A stretch of 32,000 bases of DNA from Winslowiella arboricola (GCF_025527015.1 NZ_JAODIM010000043.1:1241862-1273861), one strand, 5' to 3'; shown: positions 9,352-16,464, counted from the first letter of the stretch. Translations and numbers: made by a program. The notes: generated by a model from the sequence alone, not told the origin.

Positions 9352-9376
9352 AATCCGCCAATGTGCGGATTTTTTT
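9352..9376 (+). terminator. Intrinsic-terminator-like hairpin oriented for + strand transcription
   Basis: AATCCGC-caatgt-GCGGATT followed by T7 on the + strand. On the - strand the hairpin is followed by CTATTCGG, a poor U-tract. Confidence 0.5.
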
Positions 9377-9435
9377 AATTTAAGCGCGCTACCGTGACAA
9401 AAGACACAGGAGTTTTTTTGGGATTCACGGGCGCG

Positions 9436-9466
9436 GAAAATGAAAAGGCCCACCGAAGTGAGCCTT
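9436..9466 (-). terminator. Rho-independent terminator, candidate tR' of the late leader
   Basis: On the - strand: AAGGCUCAC-UUCG-GUGGGCCUU (9 bp, UUCG tetraloop) followed by UUCAUUUUCC. Confidence 0.65.
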
Positions 9467-9498
9467 AAATTTATGCTGAATATGTGACTGAAGAAATA

Positions 9499-9609
9499 TT
9501 GCAGTGCCGGGTGCCTCCCGGTGAGTCAGGAAAGCTACAACCTGACCCGCTCCTTTCAAGCAAACGTATAAAGTAGCTTAGCCCCACCGCGTAGGGGGAT
9601 TCACTGCAA
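9499..9609 (-). ncRNA. Structured multi-hairpin element in the late leader: an 8-bp closing helix enclosing three hairpins
   Basis: Closing helix TTGCAGTG (9499-9506) pairs with CACTGCAA (9602-9609). Hairpins are CCGGG/CCCGG (9507-9521), GTCAGG/CCTGAC (9525-9546) and CCCC/GGGG (9582-9597). Transcription direction is inferred from the flanking genes. Confidence 0.35.
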
Positions 9610-9616
9610 CACGTAA

Positions 9617-9644
9617 ATAATAATTAACTTTCTCATAAAAGCAA
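9617..9644 (-). promoter_or_regulatory. Candidate late promoter (PR'-like)
   Basis: On the - strand: TTGCTT (9644-9639), 16-nt spacer, TATTAT (9622-9617). The predicted start near 9610 coincides with the 5' end of the structured element. Confidence 0.35.
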
Positions 9645-9751
9645 AGTTACATTCTCGCCAGCCTCTAAGCCAGACCATTAATCAAGATGAATGATGCTGT
9701 TGAACCAATGAGAATCCGATTGTTAGCGGATGTACCTGCCCTTGAGCAGGC

Positions 9752-9785
9752 AATAAAAAAGCCCCAAGCTATTAACTCAGGGCTT
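9752..9785 (-). terminator. Possible terminator after the Q-like gene
   Basis: On the - strand: AAGCCC, 15-nt loop, GGGCTT, then TTTTTATTG. The large loop lowers confidence. Confidence 0.45.
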
Positions 9786-9880
9786 ATCTTCTTTCAATCC
9801 GTCGCTCAGTTCGCTTTACTTCCCGAGCATAGCTGTAATGTACCAAGACTATTGCCTTTTATATTTAGCTATTCGTGCTA

Positions 9881-10597
9881 TCATGCTACAACCGATAGGA
9901 TTTCTTTCTCCATCTCCCGCTTTACGGCATAAAACAATTCCCCTTCAAGTATGTCCTGCGCCCATTCCATTCTGTTTCGAGCCTCCTTTGTGGTTATACC
10001 GGTGAAATAAATCAGACTTGAAGCGATGTTTTGCGCACTCTTGCGCTTGCAGTATCGTAATCTGGCTACAGAGCGGATCGGGTTATCCCGGCCAAAGGTT
10101 TTCACGATTACCGATTCCATAAAGGCAGCATCATCTGATTCTTTGGCGAGAGCGATGATGTTGCCAGTTGAGGATTGAGGTACGAGTATATCTCTGGCCT
10201 TACGGAGTAATTCCTCCCCTCTGTAGCCTTCGCAGTGAAGCTCAGAGACGACTTTCTCTATCTGCTTGCCCTTCTGTTCACTCCATTCACAGCGCATCAT
10301 TAGCCGACCTATAACGTTTACTTCGCCGCGCTCATACTCGTCGCCGGAAAGGTGATCACCCCAAACGGTTAGCAGGTGACGAATCCATGCCTGTTGTGAT
10401 CGGTTAATGGTTTTCCATCCGGTGCCGAACAGGCGGCGCATGTCTGCTGCTGTGCGTACTCCGGCCAGGCGGACAATCTGCTGATAGTCACGTTCGATTC
10501 TCATGCTCTCATCCCCATTAGCTTTGCTGTGTTCCTGATGATTCGGTAATTTATTTCCAGCATTCGCCTGGATCTGAATAAGCGAAGCCTTAACCAT
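9881..10597 (-). CDS. Putative late-gene antiterminator (Q-like)
   Basis: Located between ninG and the lysis cassette. It has a WG-containing N-terminal region and a C-terminal HTH-like segment (RKSAQNIASSLIYFTGITTKEARNRMEWAQ). The start is ambiguous: ATG 10597, or ATG 10504 (MRIERDY...). Confidence 0.6.
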   Translation of the reverse strand: MVKASLIQIQANAGNKLPNHQEHSKANGDESMRIERDYQQIVRLAGVRTAADMRRLFGTGWKTINRSQQAWIRHLLTVWGDHLSGDEYERGEVNVIGRLMMRCEWSEQKGKQIEKVVSELHCEGYRGEELLRKARDILVPQSSTGNIIALAKESDDAAFMESVIVKTFGRDNPIRSVARLRYCKRKSAQNIASSLIYFTGITTKEARNRMEWAQDILEGELFYAVKREMEKEILSVVA

Positions 10598-10732
10598 TTC
10601 TGCCTGAGGTAGTCCGTCATTTCTTCCTCCGCTTGGTGAGTTTTGCGGCGCCTGCCGGGTAGCTGGATCGTTTACACTGCACAGGTATAGGCTGAACAGG
10701 TCTGAAGTGGTTTAGTAATCTGGTTAGCCAGG

Positions 10733-11374
10733 TCATGCGGCCTCCTGTTTCTTAATTAATTCCCGACACTTCCTCCGGTATTCGTCCCGGATGCGGATAT
10801 AGTCTTCTCGCCGGTATCGGGTCATTTCGTGCGGGCCATTAAGCCAGTCAACCAAGTCTTGCCCAAACAGCCTCACCAGATTGGACTCATAGTAATGAGC
10901 AACCGTCGCTGCTTTAGCCCCATGCTTTGCCGAACCGCCATTACACGATTTGCACTGGCGATAGGCGTTGCGTTCTTCGAATCGCAATTCAGGGAATCCA
11001 CCAACCGTTTTGAAGTGTCCGCAGTCCCACTGTCCGCCAAATAAATCAGGCGGATCGGTTTCACCGCAGCTGATACAGGGCTGGTTATGGTCACGAAGGC
11101 GGATGAACTGGTTGAAGGCTTGCTGGGCTTGCGCTTTGAAGTAGTTGGTAGGTTTGATGGCTAACTTGCGGACTTTCAGGCTATGGCGTTCTTGCTGCTC
11201 TTTATCCTTTCGATGTCGCTCGGCTTCCTGTATCGCTTTCTGGCGGTCTTTCTCCCTTCTGGCTAACGCTATCACTACTCCACATTCTGGACTGCACCAC
11301 GTGTGATTCTGATAGGGAGGATGGAACCATTCGCGGCAGTCAGGGTTTTTGCATCGTCGGCGTGGTAATTTCAC
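10733..11374 (-). CDS. ninG: NinG/Rap recombination endonuclease
   Basis: Strong similarity to lambda NinG (RRRCKN..CREWFHP......WCSPECG..IA; LPCISCG; CGH; RFEERN; CK.CN). The start was set at GTG 11374 (GAGGAGG SD, GTGA overlap with the ninE stop). Confidence 0.9.
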   Translation of the reverse strand: MKLPRRRCKNPDCREWFHPPYQNHTWCSPECGVVIALARREKDRQKAIQEAERHRKDKEQQERHSLKVRKLAIKPTNYFKAQAQQAFNQFIRLRDHNQPCISCGETDPPDLFGGQWDCGHFKTVGGFPELRFEERNAYRQCKSCNGGSAKHGAKAATVAHYYESNLVRLFGQDLVDWLNGPHEMTRYRREDYIRIRDEYRRKCRELIKKQEAA

Positions 11375-11544
11375 CTTGCCCTCCTCATCCTGTCCCACTT
11401 TGCTTTTAGCAGTCCGTAGGTGTAGTCAAATGTGACGACCTGGCTGGCGGAAGGGATTGGTTTGCGTTTGCTGCGGGTTCTTCGGGTGGGCTGGTATATC
11501 AGGCTGTCGATTGCTAACTGGGTCGGTGATTTCCTGCTGCTCAT
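11371..11544 (-). CDS. ninE: NinE-like small protein (57 aa; not in the ORF track)
   Basis: MSSRKSPTQLAIDSLIYQPTRRTRSKRKPIPSASQVVTFDYTYGLLKAKWDRMRRAR resembles lambda NinE as remembered (..PTKR.RNKRKPIP.ESDVKTFNYT...W.RRRAR). ATGA overlap upstream and GTGA overlap downstream. Confidence 0.7.
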   Translation of the reverse strand: MSSRKSPTQLAIDSLIYQPTRRTRSKRKPIPSASQVVTFDYTYGLLKAKWDRMRRAR

Positions 11545-11906
11545 CTCATCCGCACCTCGCCGATTAGCTGGTTAAACTGAGCCATCAGCACGCCAGGCGG
11601 AATTTTCACTCGCGGCTGAATCAGCTCTTTCATCCAGTCGGTCAGGTCTGCGCGGTCTGCCCTTCTGATGGAGTTGATTAAGTAGTGGGTGTCCATATCG
11701 AGCAGCTTGTACTGATATTCTTTTACCTTTCCCCTGCGGTGCATGGTTACGTTGGGAGAGAGGTTTAGCCTGATTAATAACCAGCTTACTTTTGTGCCGT
11801 CCTGCGGGCCGTATTTGCGCTCAATAATGAATTTCACCTGCTGATTAGTCAGCCATTCTTTGCGTGGCATGACGTCAGCCAGCATAAGGTTAAGTGGTAG
11901 TGTCAT
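11541..11906 (-). CDS. Hypothetical nin-region protein (121 aa)
   Basis: Start set at ATG 11906, which forms an ATGA overlap with the ninB stop. Confidence 0.7.
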   Translation of the reverse strand: MTLPLNLMLADVMPRKEWLTNQQVKFIIERKYGPQDGTKVSWLLIRLNLSPNVTMHRRGKVKEYQYKLLDMDTHYLINSIRRADRADLTDWMKELIQPRVKIPPGVLMAQFNQLIGEVRMR

Positions 11907-12334
11907 GCTGCGCTCCCGAACCGACCAGCCCACTCTGCGGCCAGTGCTGCTTCATCGCTGAATCTGACGTTATGCTCTGCACCAAAGGCATGCATTAGCG
12001 TGATTAAGTCTTTCATCTCACTGACGCGCATTTTGCTGGTCGACTGACCGAGAACGACAAAGCCGCCATCGATACCCGGCACCGTCTCCTGCTCTTTCAA
12101 AGATGCAGTGAAGACGTGTTTCCAGCTCTCCGAATCCATCTTGCGTCCGTACCAGATGACCTGCTGCGAGATGTCATGTAGGCAAGCCCAAAGCATGCGA
12201 TTTTGCGCAAGGCTGCGGGTGTCTTCCTGGATGATTACTTGCAATGGTTTGGCGGGATTGGCGGGTAGTTGCTGGATGGCTTCAATGCAGTTGCGTCGTA
12301 TGTTGCTGTCTCGCAACACGAACGTTTGTTTCAT
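11903..12334 (-). CDS. ninB: NinB/Orf-family recombination mediator
   Basis: Clear similarity to lambda NinB (IQE..RSL.QNR.LWACL.D.S.QV.W.GR..D.ESWK.VFTA.LK......GQSTS.MRV). Confidence 0.9.
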   Translation of the reverse strand: MKQTFVLRDSNIRRNCIEAIQQLPANPAKPLQVIIQEDTRSLAQNRMLWACLHDISQQVIWYGRKMDSESWKHVFTASLKEQETVPGIDGGFVVLGQSTSKMRVSEMKDLITLMHAFGAEHNVRFSDEAALAAEWAGRFGSAA

Positions 12335-12336
12335 GG

Positions 12337-12525
12337 TTACCTCCCCTCTAATGTCTCCACGTAGTCGTAAAGCTCATCAGCAATTTTACTCGCCAGTAAG
12401 TCCATGGCCTGAATGTCATGGTCACCGGCAAGAATCATCGACCTGAGAACCAAAATCCCCAAGCGAGCATCTTTCACCTGCTGGTGCTGTTGTTTGGGTT
12501 TGAATGGGATTACTTTTGCGGTCAT
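12337..12525 (-). CDS. Hypothetical protein (62 aa)
   Basis: GGAG SD and an ATGA overlap with the upstream stop. Confidence 0.6.
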   Translation of the reverse strand: MTAKVIPFKPKQQHQQVKDARLGILVLRSMILAGDHDIQAMDLLASKIADELYDYVETLEGR

Positions 12526-12821
12526 GGCTCACTCCAGTTATCTTCGATTGCAACGCTCAGGCGATGCAGCCAGTCGGCCAGCTTGAGCATTGATTCACGG
12601 TCGGTTAACCCTCGCGGAAAGTCATCAAGCGCAATGGTCGGCTTAAATTTTCCGTATGCGTCTCGCTCTACCGTCAGGTTTTGTTCCAGTGTTGCTTTTT
12701 GAACCGATGAACTGTGTCGCAGGAGGTAAACAGATTTCTGATCTCTATCCTTTGGGTCGTAATGATATTCGGTGAGTATCATCTGACACTTTCCCGATGG
12801 TCTGCTAATCCACAAGGCCAT
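12522..12821 (-). CDS. Hypothetical protein (99 aa)
   Basis: Start moved to ATG 12821, which has an AAGGAG SD 7 nt upstream. The track start at 12959 would overlap the upstream gene heavily. Confidence 0.6.
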   Translation of the reverse strand: MALWISRPSGKCQMILTEYHYDPKDRDQKSVYLLRHSSSVQKATLEQNLTVERDAYGKFKPTIALDDFPRGLTDRESMLKLADWLHRLSVAIEDNWSEP

Positions 12822-13005
12822 CACTGATCTCCTTTGATGCGGATGCACGCCACGCACACCATGCCAGATGTACGCCGTAGATTGCATAACAGTTGCGCTC
12901 TGGCTGCCACACAAGCTCTTCGGGAGTGCACAGGTGGTCACGCTTAAGCCATGCTTCAAATTCTTCCCGACTCTTATCTGCGGTATTTACAGATGTCTCT
13001 GTCAT
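12805..13005 (-). CDS. Hypothetical protein (66 aa)
   Basis: AAGGGG SD and an ATGA overlap with the upstream stop. Confidence 0.6.
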   Translation of the reverse strand: MTETSVNTADKSREEFEAWLKRDHLCTPEELVWQPERNCYAIYGVHLAWCAWRASASKEISDGLVD

Positions 13006-13160
13006 GGTTTCAACCCCTTAATACCCCAGCGACCAATCCTGATTTCTCGCTGATAGCCATATCTGACAGAGAAAGGCGTGTATTTACTTCTGTCATTGAT
13101 TGCCAGGCCATAGCCAAAAAAACGAAACCAGAAGCCTTTTTTATGAAAATGAATTCCCAT
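13002..13160 (-). CDS. Hypothetical small protein (52 aa, MGIHFHKKGFWFRFFGYGL...)
   Basis: Start set at ATG 13160 (TGATG overlap with the upstream stop; AAGGGGGAAGG SD). Confidence 0.55.
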   Translation of the reverse strand: MGIHFHKKGFWFRFFGYGLAINDRSKYTPFSVRYGYQREIRIGRWGIKGLKP

Positions 13161-13345
13161 CACCTTCCCCCTTGCGCTGCCTTGAAACGCTCTTTGCCGG
13201 TGCCGTCGCATGACCCACAATGTGGCGACCCGTTGTTGTCGTAATACCCGCTGCCGTTACAGGCTATGCAGTCGCGTAGCTTCCAACCGTGAATAAACCG
13301 GTTATAAAACTCTGTGCGGAATTTTTTTCGCTGATGGAATGTCAT
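13160..13345 (-). CDS. Small DnaJ-type zinc-finger protein (two CxxCxGxG motifs)
   Basis: CIACNGSG and CGSCDGTG lie within 61 aa. Confidence 0.65.
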   Translation of the reverse strand: MTFHQRKKFRTEFYNRFIHGWKLRDCIACNGSGYYDNNGSPHCGSCDGTGKERFKAAQGGR

Positions 13346-13536
13346 GACGTGCCACCTTGCGCTGGCTTATCGGCCACCAAGTAAGCACCTACAGAGATAA
13401 ATACCAGCGATACCTCGTAGCTGAATAAACGGAGATTTTCCCGCTTCTCTGCCGTGTCAACTTCGCCGAGCCAGTTAAATTTCCCGGCTGCGTATTTGTC
13501 GATGACCACGTAATCATCAGAGTTTATTTGCATCAT
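13342..13536 (-). CDS. Hypothetical small protein with a C-terminal hydrophobic helix
   Basis: ATGA overlaps at both ends. The segment VSLVFISVGAYLVA is hydrophobic. Confidence 0.6.
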   Translation of the reverse strand: MMQINSDDYVVIDKYAAGKFNWLGEVDTAEKRENLRLFSYEVSLVFISVGAYLVADKPAQGGTS

Positions 13537-14381
13537 GCAGCCCTCGACCGGTAGCTATCCCAGGTGAATGCCAGAGTGCAGCCGCCGCCATCATTCATGC
13601 GATCGATAACCCGCTCACCAATGAACGCTGACAGCTCGTCTTTTGGCAGGTTGCTTATCAGGATGGTTGGCTTCATGCGCTCGTATCGGGTGTTGATGAT
13701 TTCGAAAAGAATCATCTTTTCTGCATCGCTGCCGAACTGCACGCCAACCTCATCGATAATCAGCAGATGCGGATCCGTATATGCCGTAATAACTTCGTGT
13801 TCGCTGCGCTCGGCGTTCTTGCTCCAGGTGGATTTAAACATACGGGCGACGCGCAATGCGGTAGTGAACATCGCTGAACTTTGATGCTCAGTGATAACGT
13901 GCTTTGCGATAGCCAGCGCCAGATGATTCTTGCCAGTACCAGGTTTGCCACACATGACAAGACCGCCACCCTGCTTTAGCCGATCCGGCCACTTAGCCGC
14001 ATAGGCTTTGCAGAGCTTCAGGCACTGTGCAGCGTCGCTGTTTACCGGCTCATAGTTATCCAGTGTTGATTTAGAAAATCGCTCTGGCAGTAGCAATGCA
14101 TCCATCAGGCGATCAATCTCACTGGCTTTTCGCCGGCTAAAATATTCAGCTTCGTCACTTTCGAGCTTCGCCAGCTTTTCTTTCAGGCACGACGGGCATT
14201 CACTTCGGGTTTCGAGAGTCTTGTTGAGTACCTTCATGATGCGAATGCGCTGCGTAAATTGGCCGTGTTTCTCGCAGTCAGACTGGCACTCATCAAATAT
14301 CGTGTTCTCAACCTGTTTTGGTGCTGCGCTGAGGTCTACCAGCTTCTGGCGGACAGTTTCGATTTGAGATTTAAAATCCAT
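13533..14381 (-). CDS. DnaC/IstB-like AAA+ helicase loader (replication protein P position)
   Basis: Walker A is GKPGTGKNHLA and Walker B is LLIIDEVG. Start set at ATG 14381 (GGAGGG SD), directly after the upstream stop. Confidence 0.9.
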   Translation of the reverse strand: MDFKSQIETVRQKLVDLSAAPKQVENTIFDECQSDCEKHGQFTQRIRIMKVLNKTLETRSECPSCLKEKLAKLESDEAEYFSRRKASEIDRLMDALLLPERFSKSTLDNYEPVNSDAAQCLKLCKAYAAKWPDRLKQGGGLVMCGKPGTGKNHLALAIAKHVITEHQSSAMFTTALRVARMFKSTWSKNAERSEHEVITAYTDPHLLIIDEVGVQFGSDAEKMILFEIINTRYERMKPTILISNLPKDELSAFIGERVIDRMNDGGGCTLAFTWDSYRSRAA

Positions 14382-14383
14382 GG

Positions 14384-15289
14384 TTAGCCCTCCGCCCATG
14401 CTGGATTTTCGGTGATGCCGTAATCTTTAGCCTGGAAGCCCTCAGATACCGCCCGATTCTGTCCAGCAAAACGCTGAGCAGGTTGGCGATTAGCCGACTG
14501 CTTGTTCTGGTAGCTAAGTTTCTGGCTGGCAGTGATAAACCAGTTTTTCGGCTTATCGTGAGTGAATTCGATATCAAGCTTTTGCAGCTCGTAATTCAGA
14601 TCGATATTCGGGTACAGGTTCTTCCAGGATTCGTAGTCCTTGTGATTCAGTCGAACGATGTTGCCTTCGAATGCATAGCGTCCTGCCATTTGATGAACCG
14701 TTGCCTGAGACTGCTCTTCCGAAATCACTTCCTCGCAAGTCGCCTCAGCGGCTTGGGTGTTGAAGGGAATCAGGTTAAGGGAATCAGGAATCAGGTTAAG
14801 GGAATCAGCAGGATTTAAATTGTTCTCGCCTGATTCTTGCACTGTATTAGAACTGTGCTTTTCTGGTGCTTCATCATTTTCAATAACTTGCGGTAATTCT
14901 TCGGATAAAAGCACAGAACCAGCATCGTTCTTTACTGGTGCTTCTTCCGGTTCAGGTTCGGTCACTAACGGTTCTGGTATCTCACTCGCCGCTTCTTTGC
15001 AGTGTGGGTTCTGGTGCTTCTTCCAGTTATTAATCTGGATGAATGGGTTACTTTCCACTGAATAACGGGTGATGAAATTGCGATCATGCAGTTACTGAAG
15101 CATTACATCGCAATCAACGCTATCGAACGGCAGCACCAGCGCTTTAATCTTCTTGGGGCGGTCATCAAGGCGACCCTCTTTATCGGCGATTGTCCATAGA
15201 CCAGCGAACAATAGCCGGGCATATGGGTCGCATTCGGCCAGTTCATCATTAGTGAAAAAGCCTGGCTTTATATTTCTTGAGCGGGCCAT
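14384..15289 (-). pseudogene. Replication initiator/organizer gene (lambda O position) interrupted by one in-frame TAA. The fragments are 15092-15289 and 14384-15058.
   Basis: The two track ORFs are in the same frame. They are separated only by TAA (15094-15092) and 11 sense codons (LHDRNFITRYS). Read through, the sequence gives one continuous protein with internal iterons. Confidence 0.6.
14765..14836. repeat. Iteron-like array (candidate ori) inside the replication gene
   Basis: GAATCAGG/C occurs at 14767, 14781, 14788 and 14802; a 21-nt unit is duplicated in tandem at 14767-14787 and 14788-14808. An inverted copy lies at 14829-14836, separated by the AT-rich GATTTAAATTGTT. Confidence 0.55.
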
Positions 15290-15693
15290 TAATCATCCTC
15301 CAGTGCGTAATCCGCAAAATAACCAGATGTCATCTTGAGGAATCTGGCCTCTGTTACTGTGTATGCTTGCCTGCCCTTCCTCTCTCGACCGTCAGGATCA
15401 ATTAGGTGGCAGGCGTAAATAACTCTTCGTTGCCATTTACCAGGCATTTCCGCAACTGACAGTACCTCAAGGATTCTTTTCCCCTCTGCATCAGCTGTAT
15501 AAACAAGCTGATCTCCATACCCGCAATCAGCTGGCTCAGTTGTCTTTCGACAACCACCAATCCACCTCTCATCGGTGAAAACATCTCCTTCATATAATTG
15601 AAGGTCTGTGCAGACAAATATGAATGGATAGACAGTTTCGAAACGGCCACCGGCACGAATGTCATGGTTTACTTGTTTGTTTTGTCCAGGCAT
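15289..15693 (-). CDS. Hypothetical protein (134 aa) between the cII-like and replication genes
   Basis: GGAG SD and a TAATG overlap with the downstream start. Confidence 0.7.
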   Translation of the reverse strand: MPGQNKQVNHDIRAGGRFETVYPFIFVCTDLQLYEGDVFTDERWIGGCRKTTEPADCGYGDQLVYTADAEGKRILEVLSVAEMPGKWQRRVIYACHLIDPDGRERKGRQAYTVTEARFLKMTSGYFADYALEDD

Positions 15694-15727
15694 AATTACT
15701 CCTGTGAATTGATCCAGTTAATTTGCA

Positions 15728-16012
15728 TCAGGCGTCGAAGCTGTTACCGCAGCTCGGCGCTTTTTCTTTTGGTGCAATAGCGTTGATAGTTTCCAGTACC
15801 AGCCTGCCTACCGGACTCACCTCCCACGCCATGCGCGCAGTGCAGATAACCGCTGCAATAAAGCGCCAGTCAGCCCTGCTGATTTTTGATTCGTGACATC
15901 CAACACTTTTGGCGAATTCACGCCCTGTTAATGCCGATACTGCGAGAAGTAGATCAGTCTCTGCGCGATCAACCTCACGCTGAGTTGGTTTGCTGTAGTT
16001 TGCTGATTCCAT
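15728..16012 (-). CDS. cII: cII-like transcriptional activator
   Basis: The HTH ...GREFAKSVGCHESKISRADWRFIAAVI parallels lambda CII (TAEAVGVDKSQISRWKRDWIPKF). It lies after cro and nutR. Start set at ATG 16012. Confidence 0.65.
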   Translation of the reverse strand: MESANYSKPTQREVDRAETDLLLAVSALTGREFAKSVGCHESKISRADWRFIAAVICTARMAWEVSPVGRLVLETINAIAPKEKAPSCGNSFDA

Positions 16013-16096
16013 GGTGAATACTGTCCTTGTTCGGTTAGTAGTTACGTGACAATGCAGTGAGCCTGTCACAGTGATTTAATCGTTGTTTTGATTACT

Positions 16097-16127
16097 GCCC
16101 TTTTTCAGGGCGAGATGTTAATGAGCG
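16097..16127 (-). promoter_or_regulatory. nutR (boxA CGCTCATTAA plus boxB GCCCTGAAAAAGGGC)
   Basis: boxB at 16111-16097 (- strand) is identical to lambda nutR boxB. boxA at 16127-16118 is close to the CGCTCTTA(A) consensus. The site lies between cro and cII, as in lambda. Confidence 0.8.
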
Positions 16128-16134
16128 GTGGGGC

Positions 16135-16356
16135 TTATGCGGCGTTGCGGTCACTATTTGGCGGAAAGACTTCATCCAGAGAGCAGTTACCGCCCAGCTG
16201 TTTCAAGCCCTCGACAATCTGACGACATTCATTCAGTCCAGGGGTACGGATGTTCAGCTCATAGTTGGCGATGCGAGATTGCCCCCAACCAATAGCTGAA
16301 GCTAATACAGCCTGCGAAATTCCGATTTTCTTTCGCTGCTGGGCAATGTTGTTCAT
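16135..16356 (-). CDS. cro: Cro-like repressor (XRE-family HTH)
   Basis: The HTH is IGISQAVLASAIGWGQSRIANYE. Start set at ATG 16356 (GGAGG 5 nt upstream). It is divergent from cI. Confidence 0.8.
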   Translation of the reverse strand: MNNIAQQRKKIGISQAVLASAIGWGQSRIANYELNIRTPGLNECRQIVEGLKQLGGNCSLDEVFPPNSDRNAA

Positions 16357-16386
16357 TGCAACCTCCATAGCTTAAGTACAGACGCT

Positions 16387-16456
16387 ATTACACACGTATT
16401 GTGATTAACGGTCAACCTCAAAACGTGTAATTACTGCAATCACGTTACGTGTTAAT
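16387..16456. promoter_or_regulatory. OR/PR/PRM switch region
   Basis: PR on the - strand is TTGACC (16415-16410), 17-nt spacer, TGTAAT (16392-16387). Operator-like 13-mers (A/T)CAC-N5-GTG(T/A) lie at 16392-16404 and 16440-16452. A half-site is centred near 16422, so the three centres are 24 bp apart. Confidence 0.6.
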
Positions 16457-16464
16457 CTAATGAG

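Noticed and set aside
9220-9453. Track ORF 9220..9453 (-), 77 aa
   Set aside because: It spans two terminator hairpins and the holin SD region, has no SD, and its composition is odd. It is most likely non-coding late leader.
9499-9609. A cloverleaf-like fold that might be a tRNA (Stx-type lambdoid phages carry tRNAs in this position)
   Set aside because: It is 111 nt long with an 8-bp closing stem. The arm lengths and loops do not fit D, anticodon or T arms, there is no GTTCGAATC-type T-loop, and a 35-nt unpaired segment is present. It is kept only as a generic structured-RNA candidate.
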